Origin: a virus
Taxonomy: Duplodnaviria > Caudoviricetes
IMG/VR virus record: IMGVR_UViG_3300027863_000148
Span: 1 to 27,127 of that record
Reading direction: 5' to 3' (one strand)
Length of the DNA: 27,127 nucleotides
The notes beneath the pieces are model-generated. The model was not told the DNA's origin, did not search any database, and worked only from the letters and a program-made list of their open reading frames with translations. Positions 7,597 through 16,199 of the stretch are shown piece after piece (within the stretch, counting starts at the first letter, position 1; every line of letters begins with the position of its first letter). Both the position numbers and the translations under genes were made by a program.

Positions 7597-9909
7597 ATGA
7601 CCGAAAAGAAGAGTAACGGCCAGAAGGCCATGACGCTCGACCAGGTTGCAGATGCTATAAACGTCAACTGTGGCCAGGGTTCGGTGGTGACGGGGCGGGA
7701 GCTTGTGACAGACCCGCCTCGACTGCCGACCGGGGTATTTGCCGTCGACTATGCGACCGGAGGAGGGTTCCCGATCTGGGGAAGCACGTGCTTGTGGGGA
7801 CCAGAGTCCGGCGGAAAGACGACGTTGGCGATTAACGCTATGGTGATGGCCGACCTGCTGTGCTGGCGCTGTTTCCACCTTATAGACGACTGCAGGTGTG
7901 AGGGAGAGGAGCCGAAGCGCATGAGGACGGCGTGGATCGACGTTGAAGGTTGTATTGCCTCTGGACAGGAGATGTTCAACCCCGTTTCCGGTTTCCTCGG
8001 TAGTATAGAGGACTGGATGAGTGAGCAGGATGAGAGGGTGGTTTCCTGTGTGGATAAGTACCGGCTTGATTTGACGAGGCCGCTGCAACGAGTCGATTCT
8101 GGTGAGATGGAAACGCTGGAGGTTAGGACGCAATCAACCTCAATCCGCGGGACGTATGACCATCCTGTCCTCGTCTTCCGGGACCGTGAGGCCGTGTGGG
8201 TTCACCTTGGTGAGGTAAAGGTTGGGGATTCGGTTGCGCGGCCCTGGCGTGTCAGCAGCGTTGGTGTTCCAGGATTGATGACACCAGATGATGCAGAGTT
8301 GCTTGGGATGCTGCTTGGTGATGGCGCAGTAACATCGGCCAATTTTACCTTCACTAATAAGGACCCTGAAGTATGGCGGCGGCTGGAGAGACTGCTACTG
8401 CAACGTGGGTACTTTGCCAACCGTTTCGACGACCGGCATGCCAGGTTGGTGATGCTCGGTAAGAAGGGTAGGAAGTTTGCCAAGGGTGAGTTGAGCCCCC
8501 TCAAGCAATGGCTGTCAGAGATAGGGGTATATGGTAGGACTGCTGGCAGCAAGAGGATACCAGGTTCGTTGATGGAAGCAGAGTTGCCGGTGGTGACTGC
8601 GCTCCTTCGTGGGTTGTGGATGACTGATGGAGGAGTAAACCCAGCCAGAGCAACCGCAAGTTTCTGTTCCTCGTCTAAGGTACTGGCTTATCAAGTACGC
8701 TGGCTGCTGGCAAGAATTGGGATACTCGGTAGAGTGCATTCGTATCCGGCCAGGTCAGTTGGCCAGAATGGTTGGTGGGTGGTAACTGTAGACGGGAAGA
8801 TTAACCTCCAGAGTTTTCAAGGACAGGTTAAGCTGTACAGTTACAAAGGCGAAGCTGCTGAGTTCTGGTCTCAAAGAACCAGAGGGCAGGTTCACTATCC
8901 GGACGAGATGTTGCTACCTGGTTACTGCAATCGCTTGCATCATGAGCGCAGCAGATGGCTGAACGATTCCGGTATTTGGTGGGATCGCGTGACTCAAGTT
9001 ATACATGACGGTGAGGTCAGGCGTTGTTTTGACGCTACTGTACCTATCGGCAACTCCTGGGTAGTGCAGGACGTGGTAGTGCACAACACGTTCGACCGGG
9101 ATTGGGCGGCAAGCATTGGAGCCGACCCGGATCGGTATGTGCTGGCGCTGGCCGAGTACGCAGAGCAGTACTCGAACATAGCTCAGCAGGTGCTCCGCGC
9201 CGACGATTGCGGGCTGGTAGTAGTTGACAGCCTGGCGGCCCTTAGCCCATCCGCGGAGATGGAGTCAGCCGCCGAGGATCAGTTCATCGGTCTGCAGGCC
9301 AGGGTGATCGGCCGGATGGTGAGAAACCTAAAGCAGCGGTTGATCCGGGAGAGGCGCCGTGGGCACCCGTGCATGATAATCTTCATCAACCAGATGCGGA
9401 TCAAGATCGGCCAGATGTTCGGAGATCCCGAGACGATGTCCGGTGGGTGGGGAATGAAGCACGAGTTCAGTCTGCTGCTCCGCTGTGTGAAGAAGTCCCT
9501 GAAGAAGGACGGCCCAGACAAGAAGTATGTGGACGAGAAGCGGAAGAAGAACATGGCCGACCGCTATTCGTTCTCGATCCGCAAAGCCAAGGTAGCGACA
9601 CTCGCTGGCATCGGTGAGTACGTCAGGCTGACCGAGGACGTTCCTGGCCTGGGACTGCAGAAGGGCCAGGTAGATGACTTCACGACGCTCTTGACATACG
9701 CCAAGACCTATGGCATTGTGCACAAAGATGGACCTCAGTGGCGCTTCTTCCAGTACAAGGCGAATACGCTCGAGCAGATCAAGGACGCGATGGTCAAGAA
9801 CCGTGCCATCAAGATGCGCGCGCAGTTCTCCGTGATAGCACGTGCAAAAGCACAGCTCGCACGAGGGAATGGCGTGGATGAGTCCGATGCGCTGGATGAG
9901 ACGGACTGA
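7597..9909 (+). CDS. recA: RecA-like recombinase, intein-containing; about 391 aa after splicing
   Basis: PTG...DYATGGG.P; Walker A GPESGGKTT; IDVEG; VVDSLAAL; IFINQMRIKIGQMFGDPETMSGG. Confidence 0.92.
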   Translation: MTEKKSNGQKAMTLDQVADAINVNCGQGSVVTGRELVTDPPRLPTGVFAVDYATGGGFPIWGSTCLWGPESGGKTTLAINAMVMADLLCWRCFHLIDDCRCEGEEPKRMRTAWIDVEGCIASGQEMFNPVSGFLGSIEDWMSEQDERVVSCVDKYRLDLTRPLQRVDSGEMETLEVRTQSTSIRGTYDHPVLVFRDREAVWVHLGEVKVGDSVARPWRVSSVGVPGLMTPDDAELLGMLLGDGAVTSANFTFTNKDPEVWRRLERLLLQRGYFANRFDDRHARLVMLGKKGRKFAKGELSPLKQWLSEIGVYGRTAGSKRIPGSLMEAELPVVTALLRGLWMTDGGVNPARATASFCSSSKVLAYQVRWLLARIGILGRVHSYPARSVGQNGWWVVTVDGKINLQSFQGQVKLYSYKGEAAEFWSQRTRGQVHYPDEMLLPGYCNRLHHERSRWLNDSGIWWDRVTQVIHDGEVRRCFDATVPIGNSWVVQDVVVHNTFDRDWAASIGADPDRYVLALAEYAEQYSNIAQQVLRADDCGLVVVDSLAALSPSAEMESAAEDQFIGLQARVIGRMVRNLKQRLIRERRRGHPCMIIFINQMRIKIGQMFGDPETMSGGWGMKHEFSLLLRCVKKSLKKDGPDKKYVDEKRKKNMADRYSFSIRKAKVATLAGIGEYVRLTEDVPGLGLQKGQVDDFTTLLTYAKTYGIVHKDGPQWRFFQYKANTLEQIKDAMVKNRAIKMRAQFSVIARAKAQLARGNGVDESDALDETD
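7951..9087 (+). mobile_element. Intein (379 aa, LAGLIDADG) in RecA immediately after IDVEG
   Basis: Starts CIASGQ; block B TYDHPV; LGMLLGDG; LRGLWMTDG; ends CFDATV...VVVHN followed by Thr+1. Confidence 0.93.
8926..8939 (+). repeat. 14-bp motif, copy 6 (inside the RecA intein)
   Basis: Exact match; encodes CNRLH. Confidence 0.9.
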
Positions 9910-10207
9910 GATTCGCGACCCTATGGTTGAGGAGTTGCTCGAAGAGCAGTACGCCGAGTACTGTGCCCTGTTTGTCGAGATCAGAAGGGTAAGGATATGC
10001 CCGAAGCAGATCAGAATTGACTACGGCAAGAGGGCAGCTTGGGACATGAACGCCACCTGTCCTGTAGTAGTGGCAAGAGGCGGTCTGCCGCTGGCTGTGC
10101 TGGCCGATGGGTTCGGCATGTAGGCAGACCAGTTCTACCGACACGTGATGGGCTACCGACCGAAGTACACGGTAAGAGAACGGATTCGGTGGGAGCTGGA
10201 AGAGTGA
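9878..10207 (+). pseudogene. Hypothetical gene with an internal TAG (10121-10123); the frame stays open to TGA 10207
   Basis: ...LPLAVLADGFGM*ADQFYRHVMGYRPKYTVRERIRWELEE* reads as one continuous HTH-like sequence ending just before the next SD. Start codon uncertain. Confidence 0.45.
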
Positions 10208-10267
10208 TCAGGAGGAGGGTATGATGAACCTTAACCGACAGCGGGCTGGCACCCATAAGATGCCTGA

Positions 10268-10762
10268 GTGAGGTGGACAACCGCCTTCATGCTGCTGTTA
10301 ATCTTCAACCCATTCACTGCAGATGCCAGCCCTTCAACAAGACCAACCCTGCAGGAATGGTACGCCTACGTCAGGATGGTAGCAGGGAAATACAACCTTG
10401 ATCCAAATCTCTGCGCTGCCTTGGCCGCTGGCGAATCCGGGTTAGGGAACCAGGAGGTCCGATTCTGTTGGGTGGGAGGAGGCAAGTACCACGGCCCCTA
10501 CAACCTGGCCCGGTGCTTCTTGAGCCAGTGGGACATCACCGACTGGAAGGTGAATACCGAGGTCGGGATTGCGACCCTGTACAATAAGCTCAAGAAGTAT
10601 GGCTCTCTGTGGCAGGCGTTGCGGAACTACAACACTGGAGACTCGCCTGCACAGTTCGAGAAGTTTTACAACAACATCTTGAGGCTATGGCGGCAGTACA
10701 AGGAGAGGAAGATCTTCGATGATCTGCCGAAGGTAGCGGTGGAGGTGCGACATTCCAAATAA
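10268..10762 (+). CDS. Lytic transglycosylase (SLT/lysozyme-like) with an N-terminal signal peptide
   Basis: KYNLDPNLCAALAAGESG (catalytic Glu); N..VG...L; ALRNYNTG; hydrophobic N-terminus ending in ADA. Confidence 0.75.
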   Translation: MRWTTAFMLLLIFNPFTADASPSTRPTLQEWYAYVRMVAGKYNLDPNLCAALAAGESGLGNQEVRFCWVGGGKYHGPYNLARCFLSQWDITDWKVNTEVGIATLYNKLKKYGSLWQALRNYNTGDSPAQFEKFYNNILRLWRQYKERKIFDDLPKVAVEVRHSK

Positions 10763-11249
10763 GCCATGTCCCGTTTGCAATCGCTTGCAAGAAATCCCGC
10801 GGGCAGACTGGCCGTATGTCAGCCAGCTCCCGTGGGTCGTGTGCAGCCGACTCTGTGCGTGGGAATTCATCGAGACAAGAGGGTCTGACAACGGCTATCG
10901 AGCCAACGCGATCCAGATTCCGAGTTCGCCTCCGAACGCTTCGTATTCGGTGTTGTTGGGAGAGTTCTTCCGATCAGAGTATGAGCGGCACGTCGCCGAG
11001 GCGCTCAGTGAGAGTGGCATCCCGTTCGAGTACGAGCGGTGGGCGTTTCCGGTCAAGCCCGGAGTGTTCTGGACGCCGGACTTCCACCTTCCCGAGCACA
11101 AGATGTTCGTGGAGGTCAAAGGTCCTTGGGGAGTCAGCGCCAAGTCAAAGGTCAAGTTGTTCACCCGCTTGTTCCAGTACACGACGCTGCTGATCTTGCC
11201 CTGGACTATCCACGACGAGTTCTACCCGCAGGAGGTAGGCGACGAATGA
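10752..11249 (+). CDS. PD-(D/E)XK nuclease (T7 endonuclease I-like) with an N-terminal Cys4 Zn motif; start ATT 10752 or TTG 10785
   Basis: FRSEYE..VA..L...GIPFEYE; TPDF; FVEVKG. Confidence 0.75.
   Translation: MPNKPCPVCNRLQEIPRADWPYVSQLPWVVCSRLCAWEFIETRGSDNGYRANAIQIPSSPPNASYSVLLGEFFRSEYERHVAEALSESGIPFEYERWAFPVKPGVFWTPDFHLPEHKMFVEVKGPWGVSAKSKVKLFTRLFQYTTLLILPWTIHDEFYPQEVGDE
10776..10789 (+). repeat. 14-bp motif, copy 7
   Basis: Exact match, 16-bp extended form. Confidence 0.9.
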
Positions 11250-12151
11250 GTTTCGCAGATCGTGTAATCCGTCAGAGGAGGAATGCTGGCCTGGTGCCGG
11301 TACAGCAGGAGTACACGCCGAAGGATGGCACCGCACTCGCCGCCGAGCACCTGGAGCTGAGGGTCGACGTTGAAGAGCAGAAGATCTGGTATCCGAGAGC
11401 GTCGAGCCTCCATGACGCCTGCATGCGGATGCACGTGATTGGAGCCCAGAACGATGTGACCATGAAGGGATTCGCATCCGTCCGTGTTAAGCTGCTGTTT
11501 GGTATCGGACGGGCGGTGCAGGAGTGGATTCAGAACACGCCTCACGTCCTGGGAGACCGGAGACGTGGATGGTGGCGCTGCCTCGCCTGCAACCGTGTGG
11601 TCTACTTTGGAGGGCCGCCCAGGAAGCCATGCAGTAACTGCAAGGCCCGGCCGGAGGCGATAGTCTACCACGAGCACGCGATGAAGCTGCCCGCGCCGTG
11701 GATGATGACCGGCCACCCGGATATGTTCTTGGAGAAGGATACGAACGTCTACCGGGTCCTCGAGATCAAGACGATCAAGGGAGAGGAATTTGACAAGCTG
11801 AAGGGTCCGCTGGCGCAGCACGACTGGCAGATTCAGAGCTACATGTGGGGCTGCGAGCTGGACACCAAGCTGCCGGTGCCTATCGACTCGTCGGTAGGCT
11901 ACGTGATGTACGTGAGTAAGAAATATTCGACCAAGGAGCTGCCGTTCAAGATGTTCACCGTTCAGCGGAACGAGGCACTGCTTGGAAGGATCAAGGATAA
12001 GGTGATGGCGTTTACCGACGGGTATCTCAACTACCCGAATCGGATGCCTGAGCCGCTCGAGGAGTGCCGACACGCCAACTGGAGCAACTGGAGGGCGAAG
12101 GACTGCCCGACCGGCAAGATGTGCATCAAGTTCTTTGAGGAGACCACATAA
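11246..12151 (+). CDS. Cas4/AddB-like PD-(D/E)XK exonuclease (301 aa) with an inserted Zn ribbon
   Basis: RASSL..C; GHPD; LEIKT; QIQSYM; three C-terminal Cys (Fe-S staple pattern); internal CLAC...CSNC; ATGA overlap at the start. Confidence 0.78.
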   Translation: MSFADRVIRQRRNAGLVPVQQEYTPKDGTALAAEHLELRVDVEEQKIWYPRASSLHDACMRMHVIGAQNDVTMKGFASVRVKLLFGIGRAVQEWIQNTPHVLGDRRRGWWRCLACNRVVYFGGPPRKPCSNCKARPEAIVYHEHAMKLPAPWMMTGHPDMFLEKDTNVYRVLEIKTIKGEEFDKLKGPLAQHDWQIQSYMWGCELDTKLPVPIDSSVGYVMYVSKKYSTKELPFKMFTVQRNEALLGRIKDKVMAFTDGYLNYPNRMPEPLEECRHANWSNWRAKDCPTGKMCIKFFEETT

Positions 12152-12975
12152 TGACTAATATGCTGTTCGATGTACCGGCACGGGCAGATCTGGACTTTTC
12201 CCCAATTGCCGTGTACGGTAACACCACCGAGGAGGTATGGAAGGAGTTCATGAGGGCCTGTCTGGAGCGTGGACGCAAGTACACCGTTGAGGAGGGCTCC
12301 CATGCTGGAGACTACCGACTCACGATGGACTGCGCGATCGGCTGCATCCGTTACCCGGAGGTCAGGCCCCTGGCTCCGCTGCCAAACGAGGGCCAAATCC
12401 CACCCACGGACGACAGGAGCATCCAGGAGTATTTCGAGACGAAGGTGTTTAGCGACGCCCCGCCAGCTCCAGGAGAGCACTATAACTACAGCGAGTGGCT
12501 GTACCCGCTGGCGATGGCTGCGATTGAGTACTACGGAACGAAAGGATTCGGAAACGCCCACGTTACCATGCGTGTTGGTGATCCGCTGTGCTTCCTCGAC
12601 TACTTCCAGCCGACGCTATACGTGACCGACGCTTCCGGCAAGCGTCACGTCGACGAGACGGCCAGGAAGACCACGCCGTGCCTGCTTGGGATAGACACGC
12701 GGGTGATCTTGTCAGACAACCCGGTAACAGACTCGCAGGGAGTGCCGGTAGGCCCTTACTTCCTCACTTTCTATGTGATGTATCGGTCGTGGGACCTGTT
12801 CGGAGGGTTTCCAGAGAACATGGCCGGGTTCCAGCTCTTGAAGGAGACGATGGCGCGGGAGATTGCCAAGCTGTCCAGTATGAACGTGCGGCCCGGACCG
12901 TCCGTCGTGTTCTGCAAGGACCTGCACCTGTATGGCTCACGAATAGAGGCGGCAAGGGCATGGGTAGGAATGTAA
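12151..12975 (+). CDS. Thymidylate synthase-family protein (divergent ThyA or dUMP-modifying enzyme)
   Basis: TPCL (catalytic Cys); YRSWDLFGGFPEN (Asn at the dUMP-specificity position); DLHLY. Confidence 0.82.
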   Translation: MTNMLFDVPARADLDFSPIAVYGNTTEEVWKEFMRACLERGRKYTVEEGSHAGDYRLTMDCAIGCIRYPEVRPLAPLPNEGQIPPTDDRSIQEYFETKVFSDAPPAPGEHYNYSEWLYPLAMAAIEYYGTKGFGNAHVTMRVGDPLCFLDYFQPTLYVTDASGKRHVDETARKTTPCLLGIDTRVILSDNPVTDSQGVPVGPYFLTFYVMYRSWDLFGGFPENMAGFQLLKETMAREIAKLSSMNVRPGPSVVFCKDLHLYGSRIEAARAWVGM

Positions 12976-13532
12976 GCGGAGTCGTCGGGATTGACCCGTC
13001 CTTGAATGGTCTGGGCATCTGTCGGTACGATGCTCAGACCAACGAAATCTGGACGCAGTTGATAGCCACGAGCCAAAAGAAAGATGGTTCAGTCACCAGG
13101 CGTACCGTGAATATAGCGTTCAGAGTGCAGGACATAGTTCAACCAGCCGACGTTGTGTTCATGGAGGACTACGCTTTCGGTGTCCGGCCGAACGCCAGCT
13201 CCATCACGCAGCTTGCCGAATTAAACGGCGTGATTAAGGCGGCTGTCCTGGCGAGAACGAAGCGCGAGCTTATACTTCTTACCACCAGCGAAATGAGGAA
13301 ATTCCTGTGTGGTGACGGCAAGCTGAAACGGGAGATGATCCCGGTAGAGGTGATGAAAGCCTTCGGATCAGCACCAGCATCGCACGACGAGTGTGTAGCC
13401 AGGGTGATCATGGAGATCGGCCGAGAAGTCCTGTGGCCCAGGATGGAGGGTGTAGCCCAGTACCGGAAGGCTGTGCTGGCGAACGTCAGAAAGAGGAACG
13501 AAACTTTTTTGCAATCGCTTGCACAGACCTGA
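12960..13532 (+). CDS. RuvC-like Holliday junction resolvase (190 aa)
   Basis: VVGIDPSLNGLG; VFMEDYAFG; LAELNGVIK; RKFLCGDG..K; HDE. Confidence 0.8.
   Translation: MGRNVSGVVGIDPSLNGLGICRYDAQTNEIWTQLIATSQKKDGSVTRRTVNIAFRVQDIVQPADVVFMEDYAFGVRPNASSITQLAELNGVIKAAVLARTKRELILLTTSEMRKFLCGDGKLKREMIPVEVMKAFGSAPASHDECVARVIMEIGREVLWPRMEGVAQYRKAVLANVRKRNETFLQSLAQT
13510..13523 (+). repeat. 14-bp motif, copy 8
   Basis: Exact match; ends 19 bp upstream of the -35 box at 13543. Confidence 0.9.
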
Positions 13533-13542
13533 AAATTTTTCT

Positions 13543-13571
13543 TTGACAAAAGGGTTCACCTGGGATATGCT
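13543..13571 (+). promoter_or_regulatory. Sigma70-type promoter P2 (TTGACA-17 bp-TATGCT) upstream of the AAA ATPase
   Basis: Intergenic; AT-rich upstream tract; 25-bp identity with P1. Confidence 0.85.
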
Positions 13572-13647
13572 TTAACCCATCAAACATTACTCCCGTGCCC
13601 AGAGCGGGTAGGCGAAGTAAGTGGCGACTCCAAGTGAAGGAGGATGG

Positions 13648-15222
13648 ATGGCGAACGGAAAGGAAAAAGCAGTGCCGCAGATTCGTGATTATCTGCAGGC
13701 AGGGTTCCCGTGCATGTTCATGCGGACGGTAGAACCGCTCGTTGCTGAGCAGCAGGTCCGGAAGGCGATGGAAGAGCTTCAGATGCTGGACGCTCAGTTC
13801 GGTGTTTGGAGAGTAACCACTGGCCTGATGGTCGGCCGCGCAGACGGAGCGACGACAGTCCGGGAACAGGGCAGGGATTTGGTGGACGCACTGAAGTACG
13901 TGGAGCAAGAGCCAGCACCGACCGTGGCAATCTTCCACAACGTGCGTCAGTTTGTGAACCACTATCAGGTAGTGCAGCATGTGATTGACGCGGTCTACGC
14001 GGCCCGGTTGAAGGGGTCACATTTGATCTTCGTCGGTCCACACCTGGAATTGCCACCTGAGCTGAAGAACCTGGTGCAGTTCGTTGACTGTCCGCTCCCG
14101 AACCGGGACCGGATCGAGGTCGAGTATAGCCGGGTAGCTCGTAAGTATAGCGACGCCCTTGCTATGCCCAAGAAGAAGGAAGAGGTGGCTGACCTGGTAC
14201 GCGCCGCAGCGAACGCCGCGGTTGGCCTTGATATGATGGGCGCAGAGAACGCCATAGCGCTCAGCCTGGCGATTGCCGATGGGATCGACATCAACGTGAT
14301 CCAGCGGCAGAAGGAGCAGGAAGTCAAGAAGTCCGACGTCCTCGAGTTCTTCGCCAGTAACGAGACGATGGACAACGTCGGTGGGTTCCGGGCCTTGAAG
14401 GAATGGATTCGCAAGAGGCGCCGGGTATTCACCGAAGAGGCCAGGAAGTACGGCCTGCCGTATCCGAAGGGCATGTTGATCGTAGGCCCGGCCGGGACTG
14501 GGAAGTCCCTGGTAGCCAAAGCGACCGCGCAGTATTACCAGTTGCCGTTGCTCCGGCTGGACATGGGGAAGGTGTTCCGCTCCCTGGTAGGTGAGTCCGA
14601 GGCTGCGATCCGCATGGCGCTGCAAGTGACTGAGGCCGTCAGTCCCGTCGTCCTCTGGATGGATGAGATTGAGAAGGCCATGGCTGGAGCTGCCGGGTCC
14701 GGTGAGTTGGATTCCGGTGTGACCGCTCGTGTCGTCAGCACGGTGTTGACCTGGCGGCAGGAGACGACGTACCCGGTAGTGCTGGTTGCCACTGCGAACA
14801 ATGTGGCTACGCTGCCCAGCATGGTTTACCGGAAAGGACGCCTCGATGAAGTATGGGCGACCGATCTCCCCAAAGAGGATGAGCGCGAGGAGATCTTCGC
14901 GATTCACATCCGCAAGCGTGGCCGGGACCCGAAGAAGTTCAACATTCCTCTCCTGGCGCGGATGTCTAACGAATACGTTGGCGCCGAGATCGAGGGTGTC
15001 ATAGAGGACGCCATGTTCGCGGCCTTCGACGAGGAACGTGAGTTCACCACCGAACACGTCGTGAAGGCGATCAAGGAAACGATCCCGCAGGCCCAGCGGG
15101 ACGTGGAGGAATTGAAAGCGATCCGTGAGTGGGCAAGGACGCGGGCACGTTTGGTGTCCGGTGATGACAAAACCCCTGGTGAAGATGAGACGAAAGTCCG
15201 TCAGATCCGCAAGAAAAAATAA
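13648..15222 (+). CDS. Ycf46-like AAA+ ATPase (524 aa)
   Basis: AAGGAGG SD; degenerate N-terminal AAA domain; VGG...LKEWI; Walker A GPAGTGKS; LLRLDMG; Walker B WMDEIEK; RKGRLDE. Confidence 0.88.
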   Translation: MANGKEKAVPQIRDYLQAGFPCMFMRTVEPLVAEQQVRKAMEELQMLDAQFGVWRVTTGLMVGRADGATTVREQGRDLVDALKYVEQEPAPTVAIFHNVRQFVNHYQVVQHVIDAVYAARLKGSHLIFVGPHLELPPELKNLVQFVDCPLPNRDRIEVEYSRVARKYSDALAMPKKKEEVADLVRAAANAAVGLDMMGAENAIALSLAIADGIDINVIQRQKEQEVKKSDVLEFFASNETMDNVGGFRALKEWIRKRRRVFTEEARKYGLPYPKGMLIVGPAGTGKSLVAKATAQYYQLPLLRLDMGKVFRSLVGESEAAIRMALQVTEAVSPVVLWMDEIEKAMAGAAGSGELDSGVTARVVSTVLTWRQETTYPVVLVATANNVATLPSMVYRKGRLDEVWATDLPKEDEREEIFAIHIRKRGRDPKKFNIPLLARMSNEYVGAEIEGVIEDAMFAAFDEEREFTTEHVVKAIKETIPQAQRDVEELKAIREWARTRARLVSGDDKTPGEDETKVRQIRKKK

Positions 15223-15238
15223 GGAGGAATGTAAGTTT

Positions 15239-16135
15239 ATGGCTAAGCAGAAGACTACTCAGAGGGCAGAGCAAGAAGTGGCTGCCGGTGCGTCCACCAA
15301 GCAGGCTCCCCGTCAGGAGATGGTGCGGAAGGAGATCCTTGAGGCGCAACACAACATCGAGTCCGGGTATCTGACCCTGGCGAAGCTCCTGTCCGAGTCC
15401 TACCACCGCGAGTACTACGCCGAGTGGGGATTCAAAGACTTCCGTGAGTATGCCGACGCCGAGTTGGGCATGCACTATCGGAAGGCCATGTACCTCGTCG
15501 AGATCTGGGACAAGGTCAAGTCCCTGAACCTGAGCCAGGCGAAGGTCGAGAAGCTCGGCTGGACCAAGATGAAGGACCTGGCTGCCATCCTTACCGCGGA
15601 GAACGCGAAGGAGTGGATGGAGAAGGCCGCCAAGATGACCAGCCGCGAGTTGGGCGAGGCCGTGAAGGTCAGCCGGTCCCCAGACAGGACCGCGATGGGC
15701 ACGGTGCCCCACATCACCACGATGAAGTTCTCCATGGGCGAGTCCGAGGCGAACATCATCACCGAGGCCATCGAGGAAGCCAAGCGGCTTACGTCCTCTG
15801 ACAGCGCCGTCGTTGCCCTCGAGATGATCTGCCAGGAATGGCTGGAGAGCAAGGGCGTCGCTCCGCAACGGACCAGCCTGGACGATCACATCAAGTACCT
15901 GAAACGCGTGTACGGGGTCGACATCACCTGGGCGTCCAAGACCGCCGAAAAGGAAGAGAAGGCGGCGAACGACAAGGCCAGGGGAGCCGAAGCCAGGGCA
16001 GAGAAGAAGGCTGCTGGCCGCAAGGAGAAGGGCAAGGAGCAGGCGGCGCCCGAAGAGGGCGACCCGGAGGACGCTCCAGCGACGGGTAGCGAGTACCGCG
16101 ACCAGGACATCAACTCCCTGCTCGGGATGGACTAA
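15239..16135 (+). CDS. Hypothetical, possibly DNA-binding protein (298 aa) with a charged C-terminal tail
   Basis: AAGGAGG SD; strong codon bias; WGFKDFREYADAELG..YRKA.YL resembles DUF3102-like helical domains (family call tentative). Confidence 0.7.
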   Translation: MAKQKTTQRAEQEVAAGASTKQAPRQEMVRKEILEAQHNIESGYLTLAKLLSESYHREYYAEWGFKDFREYADAELGMHYRKAMYLVEIWDKVKSLNLSQAKVEKLGWTKMKDLAAILTAENAKEWMEKAAKMTSRELGEAVKVSRSPDRTAMGTVPHITTMKFSMGESEANIITEAIEEAKRLTSSDSAVVALEMICQEWLESKGVAPQRTSLDDHIKYLKRVYGVDITWASKTAEKEEKAANDKARGAEARAEKKAAGRKEKGKEQAAPEEGDPEDAPATGSEYRDQDINSLLGMD

Positions 16136-16149
16136 GCAGTGCCTGTGGT

Positions 16150-16175
16150 GAGGGGGTAGTGCAGCGCTACCCCTC
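16150..16175 (+). terminator. GC-rich hairpin after the 15239 gene, without a U-tract
   Basis: GAGGGGGTAGTG-CAG-CGCTACCCCTC inverted repeat. Confidence 0.45.
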
Positions 16176-16177
16176 GC

Positions 16178-16191
16178 TGCAAGCGCTTGCA
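16178..16191. repeat. 14-bp motif, copy 9 (perfect palindrome TGCAAGCGCTTGCA), intergenic
   Basis: Ends 8 bp upstream of TTGACT at 16200. Confidence 0.9.
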
Positions 16192-16199
16192 GAACCACC

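Noticed and set aside
11246-12151. Cas4-like gene as evidence of a CRISPR-Cas system
   Set aside because: No other cas genes or array; solo Cas4-like nucleases are common in phage recombination modules.
13378-13400. RuvC-like protein inactive because of HDECVA instead of a DxxD motif
   Set aside because: Phage RuvC C-terminal acidic motifs vary; cannot be judged without an alignment.
13586-13620. Hairpin in the AAA ATPase leader as a riboswitch or ribozyme
   Set aside because: Only a short imperfect stem; no recognisable family motif.
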